From positions 90,001 through 122,000 of the forward strand of contig NZ_LGHJ01000015.1 in the NCBI RefSeq assembly GCF_001306055.1: 32,000 bases of DNA, read 5' to 3'. Positions 1 to 7,917 of the stretch are shown here, in pieces. Positions within the stretch are counted from its first letter, which is position 1. Every line of letters starts with the position of its first letter. A program made the translations under genes and the position numbers. The stretch is from Bellilinea caldifistulae (lineage in GTDB: Bacteria > Chloroflexota > Anaerolineae > Anaerolineales > Anaerolineaceae). A model generated the notes under the pieces. It saw nothing but the letters and a program-made list of their open reading frames with translations, ran no database searches and had not been told where the DNA came from.

Positions 1-140
1 ACCCCCATTGCTGAAGAGAAGGAAAAAGATCGCCCCGAGGGCAGGGTAAAATCCGCCGCCGCGGGGCTTTGCCGTTGGTGCGTATCGCTTTCAGGGTCAG
101 GAGAGTCGCTGTCCACAGTCATGAGGTTGAAATTTACAGG

Positions 141-211
141 CTGGGGCGCCCGGATTCGAACCAGGATCCACAGATCCAAAGTCTGGTGTGCTGCCGTTGC
201 ACCACGCCCCA
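141..211 (-). tRNA. tRNA-Gln (anticodon UUG)
   Basis: The reverse complement reads TGGGGCG-TG-GTGC-AACGGCA-GCAC-A-CCAGA-CTTTGGA-TCTGT-GGAT-CCTGG-TTCGAAT-CCGGG-CGCCCCA-G. It has a 7-bp acceptor stem with U1:A72, a D arm, anticodon loop CUUUGGA (UUG) and a T arm with a TTCGAAT loop. One C:U mismatch sits at the top of the anticodon stem. Only CC of the CCA tail is encoded. Confidence 0.85.
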
Positions 212-283
212 ATGAGGCTGGGTTGAACCCCTGTGCGAGGCTTATTCTATCACAAAACCGTCTTTTTGGGGCATAAAAATACC

Positions 284-311
284 TTGACAAAAACCTAAAA
301 GTGCATAAAAT
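284..311 (+). promoter_or_regulatory. sigma70-like promoter for the ArsR-like regulator/EamA operon
   Basis: TTGACA (284-289), 16-nt spacer, TAAAAT (306-311), in an AT-rich tract upstream of the first + strand gene. Confidence 0.5.
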
Positions 312-312
312 C

Positions 313-340
313 GTTTTGATAATTATAAAAATGTTTTGAT
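313..340. promoter_or_regulatory. candidate operator (direct repeat plus small palindrome)
   Basis: GTTTTGAT occurs at 313-320 and 333-340, exactly 20 bp apart. The 8-bp palindrome ATAATTAT (319-326) begins at the end of the first copy. The site lies just downstream of the putative -10 of an ArsR-type autoregulator. Confidence 0.3.
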
Positions 341-362
341 TAAACCGAAAGGATTTTTTGCC

Positions 363-947
363 GTGGATCACGCAACGCTAACCGAAGAACTGTTGACCTT
401 CTTCAAGGCACTGGCGGATGCTCAGCGCTTGAAGATTGTCGGTCTGCTGGCGCAGGAAGCTCACACCGTTGAGCAACTGGCTGCCCTGTTGAACATCAGC
501 CCCTCCACCACCTCGCATCATCTTGCCAAACTGGCCAAAGCCGGGCTGGTGGAAGCGCGCACCGATGGTCATTATTACTTTTACTCCCTTAAAACCGATA
601 CGCTGGAGGCGATGGCGCAACGACTGTTGAAGAGTGAAAACCTGCCGCATCTCTCGGCGGATGTCGAGAGCGAGGCGTACGAACGCAAGATCATCCAGAA
701 TTTTACCGATGCCAGCGGGCGGATTAAATCCCTGCCGGCGCAGGAGAAAAAGTTTCAGGTGTTGCTGCGCTATGTAGCCAAAGCCTTTCAGCCCGGCCGG
801 CGGTACACCGAAAAGGAAGTCAACGAAATTCTGGCTCGTTACCATGAGGATACCGCCTCGCTGCGGCGCGGTTTGATCGAATCCCGCTTGATGGCGCGTG
901 AAAGCAGTGGAAAGGAATACTGGCTGGTGGAAGAGGCCGCCGGATGA
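363..947 (+). CDS. ArsR/SmtB-family HTH transcriptional regulator with DUF2087-like C-terminal domain
   Basis: Winged-HTH signature LKIVGLLAQEAHTVEQLAALLNISPSTTSHHLAKLAKAGLV. The C-terminal part (RYTEKEVNEILARYHEDTASLRRGLIE) resembles DUF2087. The ORF opens at TTG 336, but GTG 363 has a GAAAGGA Shine-Dalgarno about 9 nt upstream and TTG 336 lies inside the operator-like repeat. I therefore prefer 363, with 336 as the alternative. Confidence 0.85.
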   Translation: MDHATLTEELLTFFKALADAQRLKIVGLLAQEAHTVEQLAALLNISPSTTSHHLAKLAKAGLVEARTDGHYYFYSLKTDTLEAMAQRLLKSENLPHLSADVESEAYERKIIQNFTDASGRIKSLPAQEKKFQVLLRYVAKAFQPGRRYTEKEVNEILARYHEDTASLRRGLIESRLMARESSGKEYWLVEEAAG

Positions 948-1867
948 CCGTCGCATCTCCACCAGCCCGACGCTGGGTTGTCATCCTCAAAGTATTGTTT
1001 GCGGTGAGCGTTTGGGGCGGATCGTTCATCGCTACCAAAATTGCCCTGCGCGATGCTGCCCCGGTCACGATTGTGTGGACGCGCTTTGGCATCGGGGTCT
1101 TAATCCTCGGCTTAGCCGTGAGGTTGAGGGGAGCGTATCGGCGGCCGGGCCTGCGCGATCTGGCTTACTTCGCCTTGCTGGGTGGACTGGGAATCACCTT
1201 TCACCAATGGCTGCAGTCCACCGGTTTAATCACCGCTCAGGCTACCACCACAGCCTGGATTGTGGCGAGCACCCCCGTGTTCATGGCGCTGCTGGGCTGG
1301 TTGTTTTTGCGTGAATCGCTCGGGCCGGTGCGGCTGGGCGGAATCCTGCTGGCGGCGGTGGGGGTGCTGCTGGTGGTTTCGCGCGGGGACTGGCGTGCCC
1401 TTTCACTCGGCCGGTTTGGAACGCCCGGCGATTTGCTGATTTTGATCAGCGCGCCAAACTGGGCGATCTTTTCGACCCTCTCGCGGGATGGATTGCGCCG
1501 TTACCCGGCGGCGCTGATGATGTTCTTTGTCATGGGGTTCGGTTGGTTGTTTTCTTCCGCTTTCTTCCTCAGCGGCCCCGGCTTTGCCGACCTGAGCCAC
1601 TTAACCGTGGATGGCTGGGCAGCCGTGTTGTTTTTGGGGATTGCCTGTTCGGGGCTGGCGTATATCTTCTGGTACGATGCCCTGCAAGCCATGCCCTCGG
1701 CGCAGGTGGGGGTGTTCCTTTACCTTGAACCGCTGGTGACGGTTGCGGTAGCCGGTTTGATGCTGGGTGAAGTGCTTACCCCGGCCACGCTCATCGGTGG
1801 GATGATCATTCTGCTGGGGGTCTGGCTGGTCAATCGGCAGATGAACGGGATGGGGCGAAAAGGGTAA
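944..1867 (+). CDS. DMT-superfamily (EamA-like) transporter
   Basis: Roughly 10 hydrophobic segments in two EamA-like halves (WGGSFIATKIAL...; GIACSGLAYIFWYDALQ). The ATGA start/stop overlap with the upstream regulator implies an operon. Confidence 0.85.
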   Translation: MTVASPPARRWVVILKVLFAVSVWGGSFIATKIALRDAAPVTIVWTRFGIGVLILGLAVRLRGAYRRPGLRDLAYFALLGGLGITFHQWLQSTGLITAQATTTAWIVASTPVFMALLGWLFLRESLGPVRLGGILLAAVGVLLVVSRGDWRALSLGRFGTPGDLLILISAPNWAIFSTLSRDGLRRYPAALMMFFVMGFGWLFSSAFFLSGPGFADLSHLTVDGWAAVLFLGIACSGLAYIFWYDALQAMPSAQVGVFLYLEPLVTVAVAGLMLGEVLTPATLIGGMIILLGVWLVNRQMNGMGRKG

Positions 1868-2444
1868 TGTCATCGCCCTGATCGAGTGCCAGTGAACCGC
1901 GCGGGGCGCGCAGCAACTGGATGGCTACCCAAATATCCCCCACCGCGCCGGAAAAATTCATCACGGCAGCCAGAATCACATAGGTCAGGGCCGAAAGCGG
2001 CACAAGGGCAATCAAAGCAATCGCCAACAGACTGAGGACGACCAGCGGGGCAATGCCGATCCAGAAGTAAATATTGGCGGGAATGTACCAGCCCGGCGCG
2101 GCGGCATAGGCATACGTGCCGCGAAAGGCAAATTTGGGTTTTACCCCCGCCAGCAGCCAGAAACCCAGCCCGTGGACTGCCTCGTGCAGGATCAGCGTCA
2201 GGACGATTGTCACGATCAGCAGCAGTAAGAACAGCAGACTTTGCAGCCCCTCCAAACGGAAAACAAACACCAGCCCTTCGGCCTCCGGACGGAGAAAGGA
2301 GGCAATGGTAATAAAGAACCACGCCGAAGCCAGCACCAGACCCAGCCCAAACAGGTTGAGCATCAAAAGGGTGCTGCGGGATTTCAGCGTAAAACGACCG
2401 CGTTCTTCATAACCGGATGGTAAAGTCCGAACAGCCTGGCGCAT
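1830..2444 (-). CDS. DUF3267-like membrane protein (putative zincin HExxH peptidase)
   Basis: Multi-TM protein with HEAVHGLGF (HExxH) at the end of a TM segment, as in the DUF3267 family. An AAAGGA SD lies upstream. It starts 15 nt downstream of the PP2C gene on the same strand. Confidence 0.7.
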   Translation of the reverse strand: MRQAVRTLPSGYEERGRFTLKSRSTLLMLNLFGLGLVLASAWFFITIASFLRPEAEGLVFVFRLEGLQSLLFLLLLIVTIVLTLILHEAVHGLGFWLLAGVKPKFAFRGTYAYAAAPGWYIPANIYFWIGIAPLVVLSLLAIALIALVPLSALTYVILAAVMNFSGAVGDIWVAIQLLRAPRGSLALDQGDDITLFAPSRSSAD

Positions 2445-2459
2445 GGTTGATTTCCTTTC

Positions 2460-3605
2460 TTACGATGAGGAGGGGGTGTAAGTAGGCCATGGGGTGGGGG
2501 TTGCCCCCTGGTTGAGCGCGGGAGGAACCACGGGTGTACCGGTCTCGCCCGGAATCAACACGGCTGGAAGGGAGGGGGAAGGCATCTGGCCAGCAGTGGG
2601 AAGCAGAACGGGCGGGGAGGGAAGCGGAGGCTGGGTGAGGGACGGTGTAACGGTGGGCGAAGGTTCGAGCCGGTTGAGCAGCCACAGCGCCCCGCCACCC
2701 AACAATCCTCCCAGCAAGGCGACGATCAACAGGCCAATGCACCCCCACAACCACCAGCGCCTTCGGGCTGCCGGTTTGGGCTGTGCCAGGCTGCCCGGCG
2801 GAACTTCCATCAGGATCACGGTGATGTTATCGTGTCCACCGCGTTGGTTTGCCAGGTCAATCAGGCTTTCGGCAGCCTGACGGGCCGGCTGGCTTTCCAC
2901 CGCTGCCAGAATTTCTTCGTCGCCCACCAGGTCGGTCAAGCCGTCGGAACATAACAGCAAACGGTCGCCTTCCCGCAGGCGCAGCCCCTGATTGTCCCGC
3001 GCCTGATCATCGCTCTCGCCGCCGTTCAGCCGCAGACGGAAGTCCACCTGCGGCGGGGTTGGCGAGCCGAGAAAGCGGCGGATGACATGGCTGTTGGGAT
3101 GATGAAGCGCCTGTTCGGGGGAAATTAGGCCGCGTTCCAACGCCTCCTGAATCCAGGTGTGGTCGGTGGTCAGCTGGTGAATACTGCCGCGGCGCAGCAG
3201 GTAAATGCGCGAATCCCCCACGCTGGCGGTGTACAAACGATCTCCCACGATGTAGACACACGCACAGGTTGCACCCATGCCGTTTTTTTCGCGATTGGAC
3301 CGGGATTGTTCATAGATTGTGGCGCTGGCGGTTGTGATGGCTTGTTCCAGCAGGGCGGTGGGGGGGAGTTTGTCACCATTTTCCAGCACATATCCGGCGA
3401 TCAGGTTAACGGTCATTTCGGCGGCGACTTCACCGGCGCGGTGTCCGCCAATCCCATCTGCCAGTACGGCCAGCAGTGCCGGCGGCGACTCGGGTTCGGT
3501 CGGTTGTAGCGCCACGATCCCAAAGCGGTCTTCATTGTTCTTCCCGCGCATACCGGGGTCGGTCAGGGCGATAACCGGCAAATGGGCTTGCTGGCTGCGA
3601 ATCAT
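2460..3605 (-). CDS. PP2C-family Ser/Thr protein phosphatase, membrane anchored (PstP-like)
   Basis: PP2C motifs GKNNEDRFG, LADGIGGHRAGEVAA, CSDGLTD and GGHDNITVIL. These are followed by a TM helix (WWLWGCIGLLIVALLGGLLGGGALWLL) and a Pro/Ser/Thr-rich tail. The ATGA overlap with the upstream FHA gene stop indicates coupling. Confidence 0.92.
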   Translation of the reverse strand: MIRSQQAHLPVIALTDPGMRGKNNEDRFGIVALQPTEPESPPALLAVLADGIGGHRAGEVAAEMTVNLIAGYVLENGDKLPPTALLEQAITTASATIYEQSRSNREKNGMGATCACVYIVGDRLYTASVGDSRIYLLRRGSIHQLTTDHTWIQEALERGLISPEQALHHPNSHVIRRFLGSPTPPQVDFRLRLNGGESDDQARDNQGLRLREGDRLLLCSDGLTDLVGDEEILAAVESQPARQAAESLIDLANQRGGHDNITVILMEVPPGSLAQPKPAARRRWWLWGCIGLLIVALLGGLLGGGALWLLNRLEPSPTVTPSLTQPPLPSPPVLLPTAGQMPSPSLPAVLIPGETGTPVVPPALNQGATPTPWPTYTPSSS

Positions 3606-5566
3606 TCCTGTTCCTGATACGGGCGGGCTATGGGTGCGGGTTGAGGGCTGGGTTTGGCGGTTTCAAAGCGCAGGGTGACAAATCCCAGGTGAATCAAATC
3701 GCCGTGTTGCAGCCGGCAGCCACCTGCCGTCACCGGCACATAGTTGACCCATGTGCCTGCCAGCGAACCCTGATCGTAAATCCAGTATTCACCCTTTTCA
3801 TTGACCACGATGCGGGCATGCACCGGCGAAACGCTGGCAGAGGCAATACAAATTTGCGAACGGAGCGGGTCGCTCCCCATCAGGTTGTCTCTTCGCTTCA
3901 GGGGGAGGAGATTCAGCGCCGCTGGGTTTGCCCGGCTTTCCACCACCCCCACACCATCCTCACTGACCTGCAGCAGCCAGGCCGGCGCTGATGATACCGG
4001 TACAGCCGCCGGGCGGGCGGAACTCAGCCGGCGTGCCATGGAAGCCGGATTGATTGTGCCGCGTTTCTTTTGGAGTGGTGGCGGCAGCGGCTGAGTCAAT
4101 GGGTCGCGGTTGTTTCGCCTTTGAGCAGCGGCCTGCTGACGGTTTTGTTGTCCGGCAAACATCAGGATAGTACCCAGTAGCAGCCCGCTCAGCAGAATGG
4201 CGCCCAGCACCAGCGGGCGGTTGCCGCTCAGGGCCGCCTGCCAGGGACTGGGCGGGCGGCTTTCTACACTCACCCGCACCGGCATGCGGATGCTGCGCCC
4301 GGTCAACCCAAGCGAGTCTTGTACCTCAACCTGCATTTCGACCTGCTGCTCGGTTTCAATCTCGCTCACCGACCAGGTGAAACGATCGAACGGCGGGCGG
4401 GTATTTTCCTGCACCAGTTCACCGTTGACCAACAAACGGCTGGCGCGGATGGCGCGCGGATAACCATCCGGAAACTCAATAATCACCCGGTAAGTGAGTG
4501 CATCGGGTTCAAGGTCGCCGTTGCGGCTGTTGGGCGGGAAAAAGCGGCGTTCAACCTGTGTTTGCGGTGAAAGGAAGATCGGATTGGGCGGTTGAATGTT
4601 GAGAAACACCGGCTGACTGGTGGAGCGTAATTCTTCCTCACCCTGTCGAATGCTGAGGGCAATTGGGTGACTGCCACTGCTGTTCAGGCGGGATTCGTAT
4701 TCCAGCCGGTATTGGTAGCGGTAGGATTTCAGGTAACCTTCCAATTCCGGCAGGCTTTCGCTGCCCGTGAAAATCGAAAGCTCGCCGCCGGTCTGGCCTG
4801 CCAGTTGACTGAGCGCATCGAACATTGCCGGATTTGCAGCAATGGATGGAGCGGATGTGGTCAACCAGACGTGAATGGGAACGTTCAGCCGCCCGGCGCG
4901 GTCTATCAGGTTTTGAACACCGTCCAGATTGGAGGCGGGCAACAGCGGTGTGACCAGCAGGACCACGCAGCGCGGTTTGGTACCCCCGCTGATGTCGGTG
5001 ACCAGGTCCATGGCGCGGGTAATCGCGGTAAGACCGGCTTGTTCGTTCAGCAGGTTGACTTGAGCGAGATTTTCCAGGGCGGTTAACCATTCCTGTTGAT
5101 CTGCTGAGCGGATCAATTGCAATCCGCTGTTGGTGGACAGGCTGAGACGGTCGCTGCCGGTAGTTTCACCGCCCGCCCATTCCTGCAAGCGTTGTAGTAC
5201 GGCTTCGTACCGGCGCACACCGGCGTAGCGGGTATTCAATTCCGGCCCGAAATTGATCGCCACAATCACATCCAGCCCCGGCTGGAGCAATTCCAACCAC
5301 TCCACCGGGCGGAAATCTGCCGCGTCATTCTGTTCGTTCCCCTCGATAATCTGAATCTCTTCGGGTTTGAGCTCTCTTAGAAAATTACCCTGGGCATCAA
5401 AGGCTTCAAAAGTGATTTGCACCCGTGGAAACAGTTCTGTGCTGATGGCGGTAATTTCCACCCGGCCCTGAGGCAAGGTTTGTGCCCGGGCAGGCAGTAT
5501 GCCACTCCCTGCCCCAATGAGAAGCCCTATGATGAAGAAAATCAGGCAGCGCTGACGGGAAGTCAT
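3602..5566 (-). CDS. Single-pass membrane protein: exported vWA-like/Ig-like region, TM helix, cytoplasmic FHA domain
   Basis: N-terminal signal/anchor (CLIFFIIGLLIGAGSGILPARAQ). An alpha/beta region resembles vWA but has no DxSxS MIDAS motif. A second TM helix follows (RPLVLGAILLSGLLLGTILMFAG). The C-terminal FHA-like domain reads SVSPVHARIVVNEKGEYWIYDQGSLAGTWVNY...GDLIHLGFVTLRF. The vWA assignment is tentative. Confidence 0.85.
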   Translation of the reverse strand: MTSRQRCLIFFIIGLLIGAGSGILPARAQTLPQGRVEITAISTELFPRVQITFEAFDAQGNFLRELKPEEIQIIEGNEQNDAADFRPVEWLELLQPGLDVIVAINFGPELNTRYAGVRRYEAVLQRLQEWAGGETTGSDRLSLSTNSGLQLIRSADQQEWLTALENLAQVNLLNEQAGLTAITRAMDLVTDISGGTKPRCVVLLVTPLLPASNLDGVQNLIDRAGRLNVPIHVWLTTSAPSIAANPAMFDALSQLAGQTGGELSIFTGSESLPELEGYLKSYRYQYRLEYESRLNSSGSHPIALSIRQGEEELRSTSQPVFLNIQPPNPIFLSPQTQVERRFFPPNSRNGDLEPDALTYRVIIEFPDGYPRAIRASRLLVNGELVQENTRPPFDRFTWSVSEIETEQQVEMQVEVQDSLGLTGRSIRMPVRVSVESRPPSPWQAALSGNRPLVLGAILLSGLLLGTILMFAGQQNRQQAAAQRRNNRDPLTQPLPPPLQKKRGTINPASMARRLSSARPAAVPVSSAPAWLLQVSEDGVGVVESRANPAALNLLPLKRRDNLMGSDPLRSQICIASASVSPVHARIVVNEKGEYWIYDQGSLAGTWVNYVPVTAGGCRLQHGDLIHLGFVTLRFETAKPSPQPAPIARPYQEQE

Positions 5567-5663
5567 GTCGTTCGTAACCCCAATTTTACCCCAAACAGAC
5601 CGGGCTTTGCTTGACGCTCACCCAACGCCCGGCTGACGCTGTTTTTTGAGGAGGTGGATGGCT

Positions 5664-7559
5664 TCACTCTTCCGTGTAAATGCGCACCGGCGGCATCTCC
5701 CATGTCAGACGGAAGGGTTTGCCCTCCAGCTGCACGGTCTCGCCGCCGGGCAAGGGCTGGGTAGCAAAAATCGCGCAGGGTTCAAAGGGCTGACGCGGTA
5801 AGCGGTTGGAGGGGTTGTTGACCAGCACATGCTCGATGCGGAATGGGCCAATCTCCGCCTCACGGTATAACCCCCAAACCGGATATTCCCACTCTTCGTC
5901 CGGCAAGTACAAACCGAGTTGAGTGCAGCGGCGCTCCCCGGTCAGATAATTGACGCCCTCGATATACGGGACGACCAGATTCTTGCGGATGATCATCACC
6001 TCGCGGCGCGGCAGGTTGAAGATGTTCCAGTCCTGAGCCAGCGGTTTATTCTGATTGAAGTAAAAGATGGGCAGGGTGCTGATGAGCAGCAAGACCCCCA
6101 GCCAGCGGCTGAAGCGCATCGGTATCACCTGTGGTAGAAGCCCAATTATCCCACCGGAAAGCACCAGTAAGGGAAGGTGTAAACGGGCGTGCCACAACTG
6201 CCAGCGCAAAAAGCCACAAAAAATCAGCAAACCCGCCAGTAAGATGCCCGTATGGATCCAGACCTCCTGGTTTTGCAGCTTTTTACGCCGTAACCCAAGG
6301 ATGACCAGTGTGGCCATCAAGGCCAGCACATGCAGTGGCGCACCGGTAAAATCCTCGTTGACCACAAAGCGCTTCAATGCGAAACGATGATCCTGCCAGG
6401 TGGTTTGCGGGTCGTTGACATCCAGTTTTAAGCCGTTGTGCAGGCTGATGACGGCGCCTTCCAGCGCCTCATTGAGGGGCGAGACCGTAACGAAATGCAG
6501 CGCCAGATTGCGGCTCAGGTTGGAGAGCAGCACATCCACACCAAAACGCTGATTGCGGTAAAGCCGGGTTTCTTCGGCAGGGCCGAGGGGGCTGCCAAAC
6601 GCGGTAAAATTGCGGGCATAATGCGGCAGGTTGAGCAGCAGGGCAAGGGCAGCCACCACCATCAGCGGACGGACAAACGCCGCCCGGCTCTGCTGCCAGC
6701 GGCGAATCACATAGGCAGCCATGATCGGAAAGGCAAACAAATAAGCCGTGGATTTGGTCAGAACCGCCAGCCCCAGACTCAGTCCCAGTGCGGTTTGGGC
6801 CGTCCGGTTGGGAGAACGCAGGTCTTCCAACGCAAATACTGCCACACATACCAGCCAGAAGGCTGCGGTCAGGTCATTCTGAGTGCTGGTCATTTGCAGT
6901 ACGGTCATTGGCAGTGTACCGGCAAACACCGCTGCCAAAATCTGCCCGGTTTTGCCTGCCCCCAACTGTCGGGCAAGCAGCGAAACCCCCAGCATCGCGC
7001 CAATCCCGCTGAACCATTGCACGAGGTTAAGAAAGCGGTCCGAATCGCTCAGCGCGTACAGGTGGGCGTGAACATACTCCGTCCACGGGTTGAGGTATAA
7101 CTGACGCAGAATGTGAGTGGGGTAAAACGCCAGCGATTGATCTTGCAGCCAGTGCATCACCCGACTGAGGTGATAAACCATCGAGTCCCAGTTGTTTGGT
7201 GCAGCCACCAGCCCAATGACCAGCGTGAGCAGGGCGACCAGCCCAAGGCCGGCCAGTAATAAAGCGTCCGAGCGCGGAAGCGAGCGCAGCAAGCCGGGCA
7301 GACCGGGCGTCTGGTGGGAACGCGGCGAGCGGCGCAGCAGGGCAAGCCCGGTCAGCAGGATGATTCCCCAGCCGGCCGCCAGTGGCAGACGGCTCAGTAA
7401 ACCGAGCATGCCAGCCAGTTCGGTCAGGGCGGTCAGCCCGGCTGCCCATACGACCCAGCTCAGCAAAAGGTTCAGGCGGAGATCATTTTGAAAAGGGGCG
7501 CGCCGCCAGAAAATCAAGCCGATTACCAGCCAACTCAGCGCGGGTAAGATTACCAGCAT
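5664..7559 (-). CDS. GT-C fold membrane glycosyltransferase (ArnT/PMT-like; family uncertain)
   Basis: 631 aa, with more than 10 TM segments in the N-terminal two-thirds and a soluble C-terminal domain. The first loop (NNWDSMVYHLSRVMHW) resembles the acidic loop of lipid-carrier-dependent glycosyltransferases. Confidence 0.7.
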   Translation of the reverse strand: MLVILPALSWLVIGLIFWRRAPFQNDLRLNLLLSWVVWAAGLTALTELAGMLGLLSRLPLAAGWGIILLTGLALLRRSPRSHQTPGLPGLLRSLPRSDALLLAGLGLVALLTLVIGLVAAPNNWDSMVYHLSRVMHWLQDQSLAFYPTHILRQLYLNPWTEYVHAHLYALSDSDRFLNLVQWFSGIGAMLGVSLLARQLGAGKTGQILAAVFAGTLPMTVLQMTSTQNDLTAAFWLVCVAVFALEDLRSPNRTAQTALGLSLGLAVLTKSTAYLFAFPIMAAYVIRRWQQSRAAFVRPLMVVAALALLLNLPHYARNFTAFGSPLGPAEETRLYRNQRFGVDVLLSNLSRNLALHFVTVSPLNEALEGAVISLHNGLKLDVNDPQTTWQDHRFALKRFVVNEDFTGAPLHVLALMATLVILGLRRKKLQNQEVWIHTGILLAGLLIFCGFLRWQLWHARLHLPLLVLSGGIIGLLPQVIPMRFSRWLGVLLLISTLPIFYFNQNKPLAQDWNIFNLPRREVMIIRKNLVVPYIEGVNYLTGERRCTQLGLYLPDEEWEYPVWGLYREAEIGPFRIEHVLVNNPSNRLPRQPFEPCAIFATQPLPGGETVQLEGKPFRLTWEMPPVRIYTEE

Positions 7560-7700
7560 CGTTCATCTCGCTGAAGAAAATCAGGAACGCTCACGCAAGG
7601 GATTATACCCCAGCCCTCACTCAGCAAGACGGTCAGGTCGTGCGCCCTTCCCGCAACTTTAATCGGCGGTGTGCGTATAAAAAGGGAAAGGAGTGCAAAG

Positions 7701-7895
7701 ATGTTCAAGTTTCTGTTTGATCTGATCGGCGGGATCATCGGTCTCGTCGTGGGTTTAGTCGGTGGCATCTTCGGTCTGGTGGTTGGCTTACTGGGCACCG
7801 TGCTGGGCCTGACCGTCGGGGTGGTGGTGTTGGCGATTGTGCTGGTTTTAGGCTTGCTCGCATTACCCATCCTTTTGTTGATCTGGATTTTCTGA
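7701..7895 (+). CDS. Small Gly-zipper membrane peptide (64 aa), unknown function
   Basis: ATG 7701 is preceded by GGAAAGGAG 8 nt upstream. The product MFKFLFDLIGGIIGLVVGLVGGIFGLVVGLLGTVLGLTVGVVVL... is almost entirely G/L/V/I with repeated GxxxG spacing. The ORF also opens earlier, at 7671. Confidence 0.6.
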   Translation: MFKFLFDLIGGIIGLVVGLVGGIFGLVVGLLGTVLGLTVGVVVLAIVLVLGLLALPILLLIWIF

Positions 7896-7917
7896 CCGGC
7901 ATGGTATAATTTCATGC

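Noticed and set aside
1-276. Two possible partial CDSs at the left edge. One is a minus-strand ORF starting at ATG (complement of 120-122) and running off the window (MTVDSDSPDPESDTHQRQSPAAADFTLPSGRSFSFSSAMG...). The other is a + strand frame open from 1 to 276.
   Set aside because: The + frame reads straight through the tRNA-Gln gene, so it is not credible. The minus ORF is only 40 codons in-window, low-complexity and without an SD. It may be real, but it cannot be supported from this fragment.
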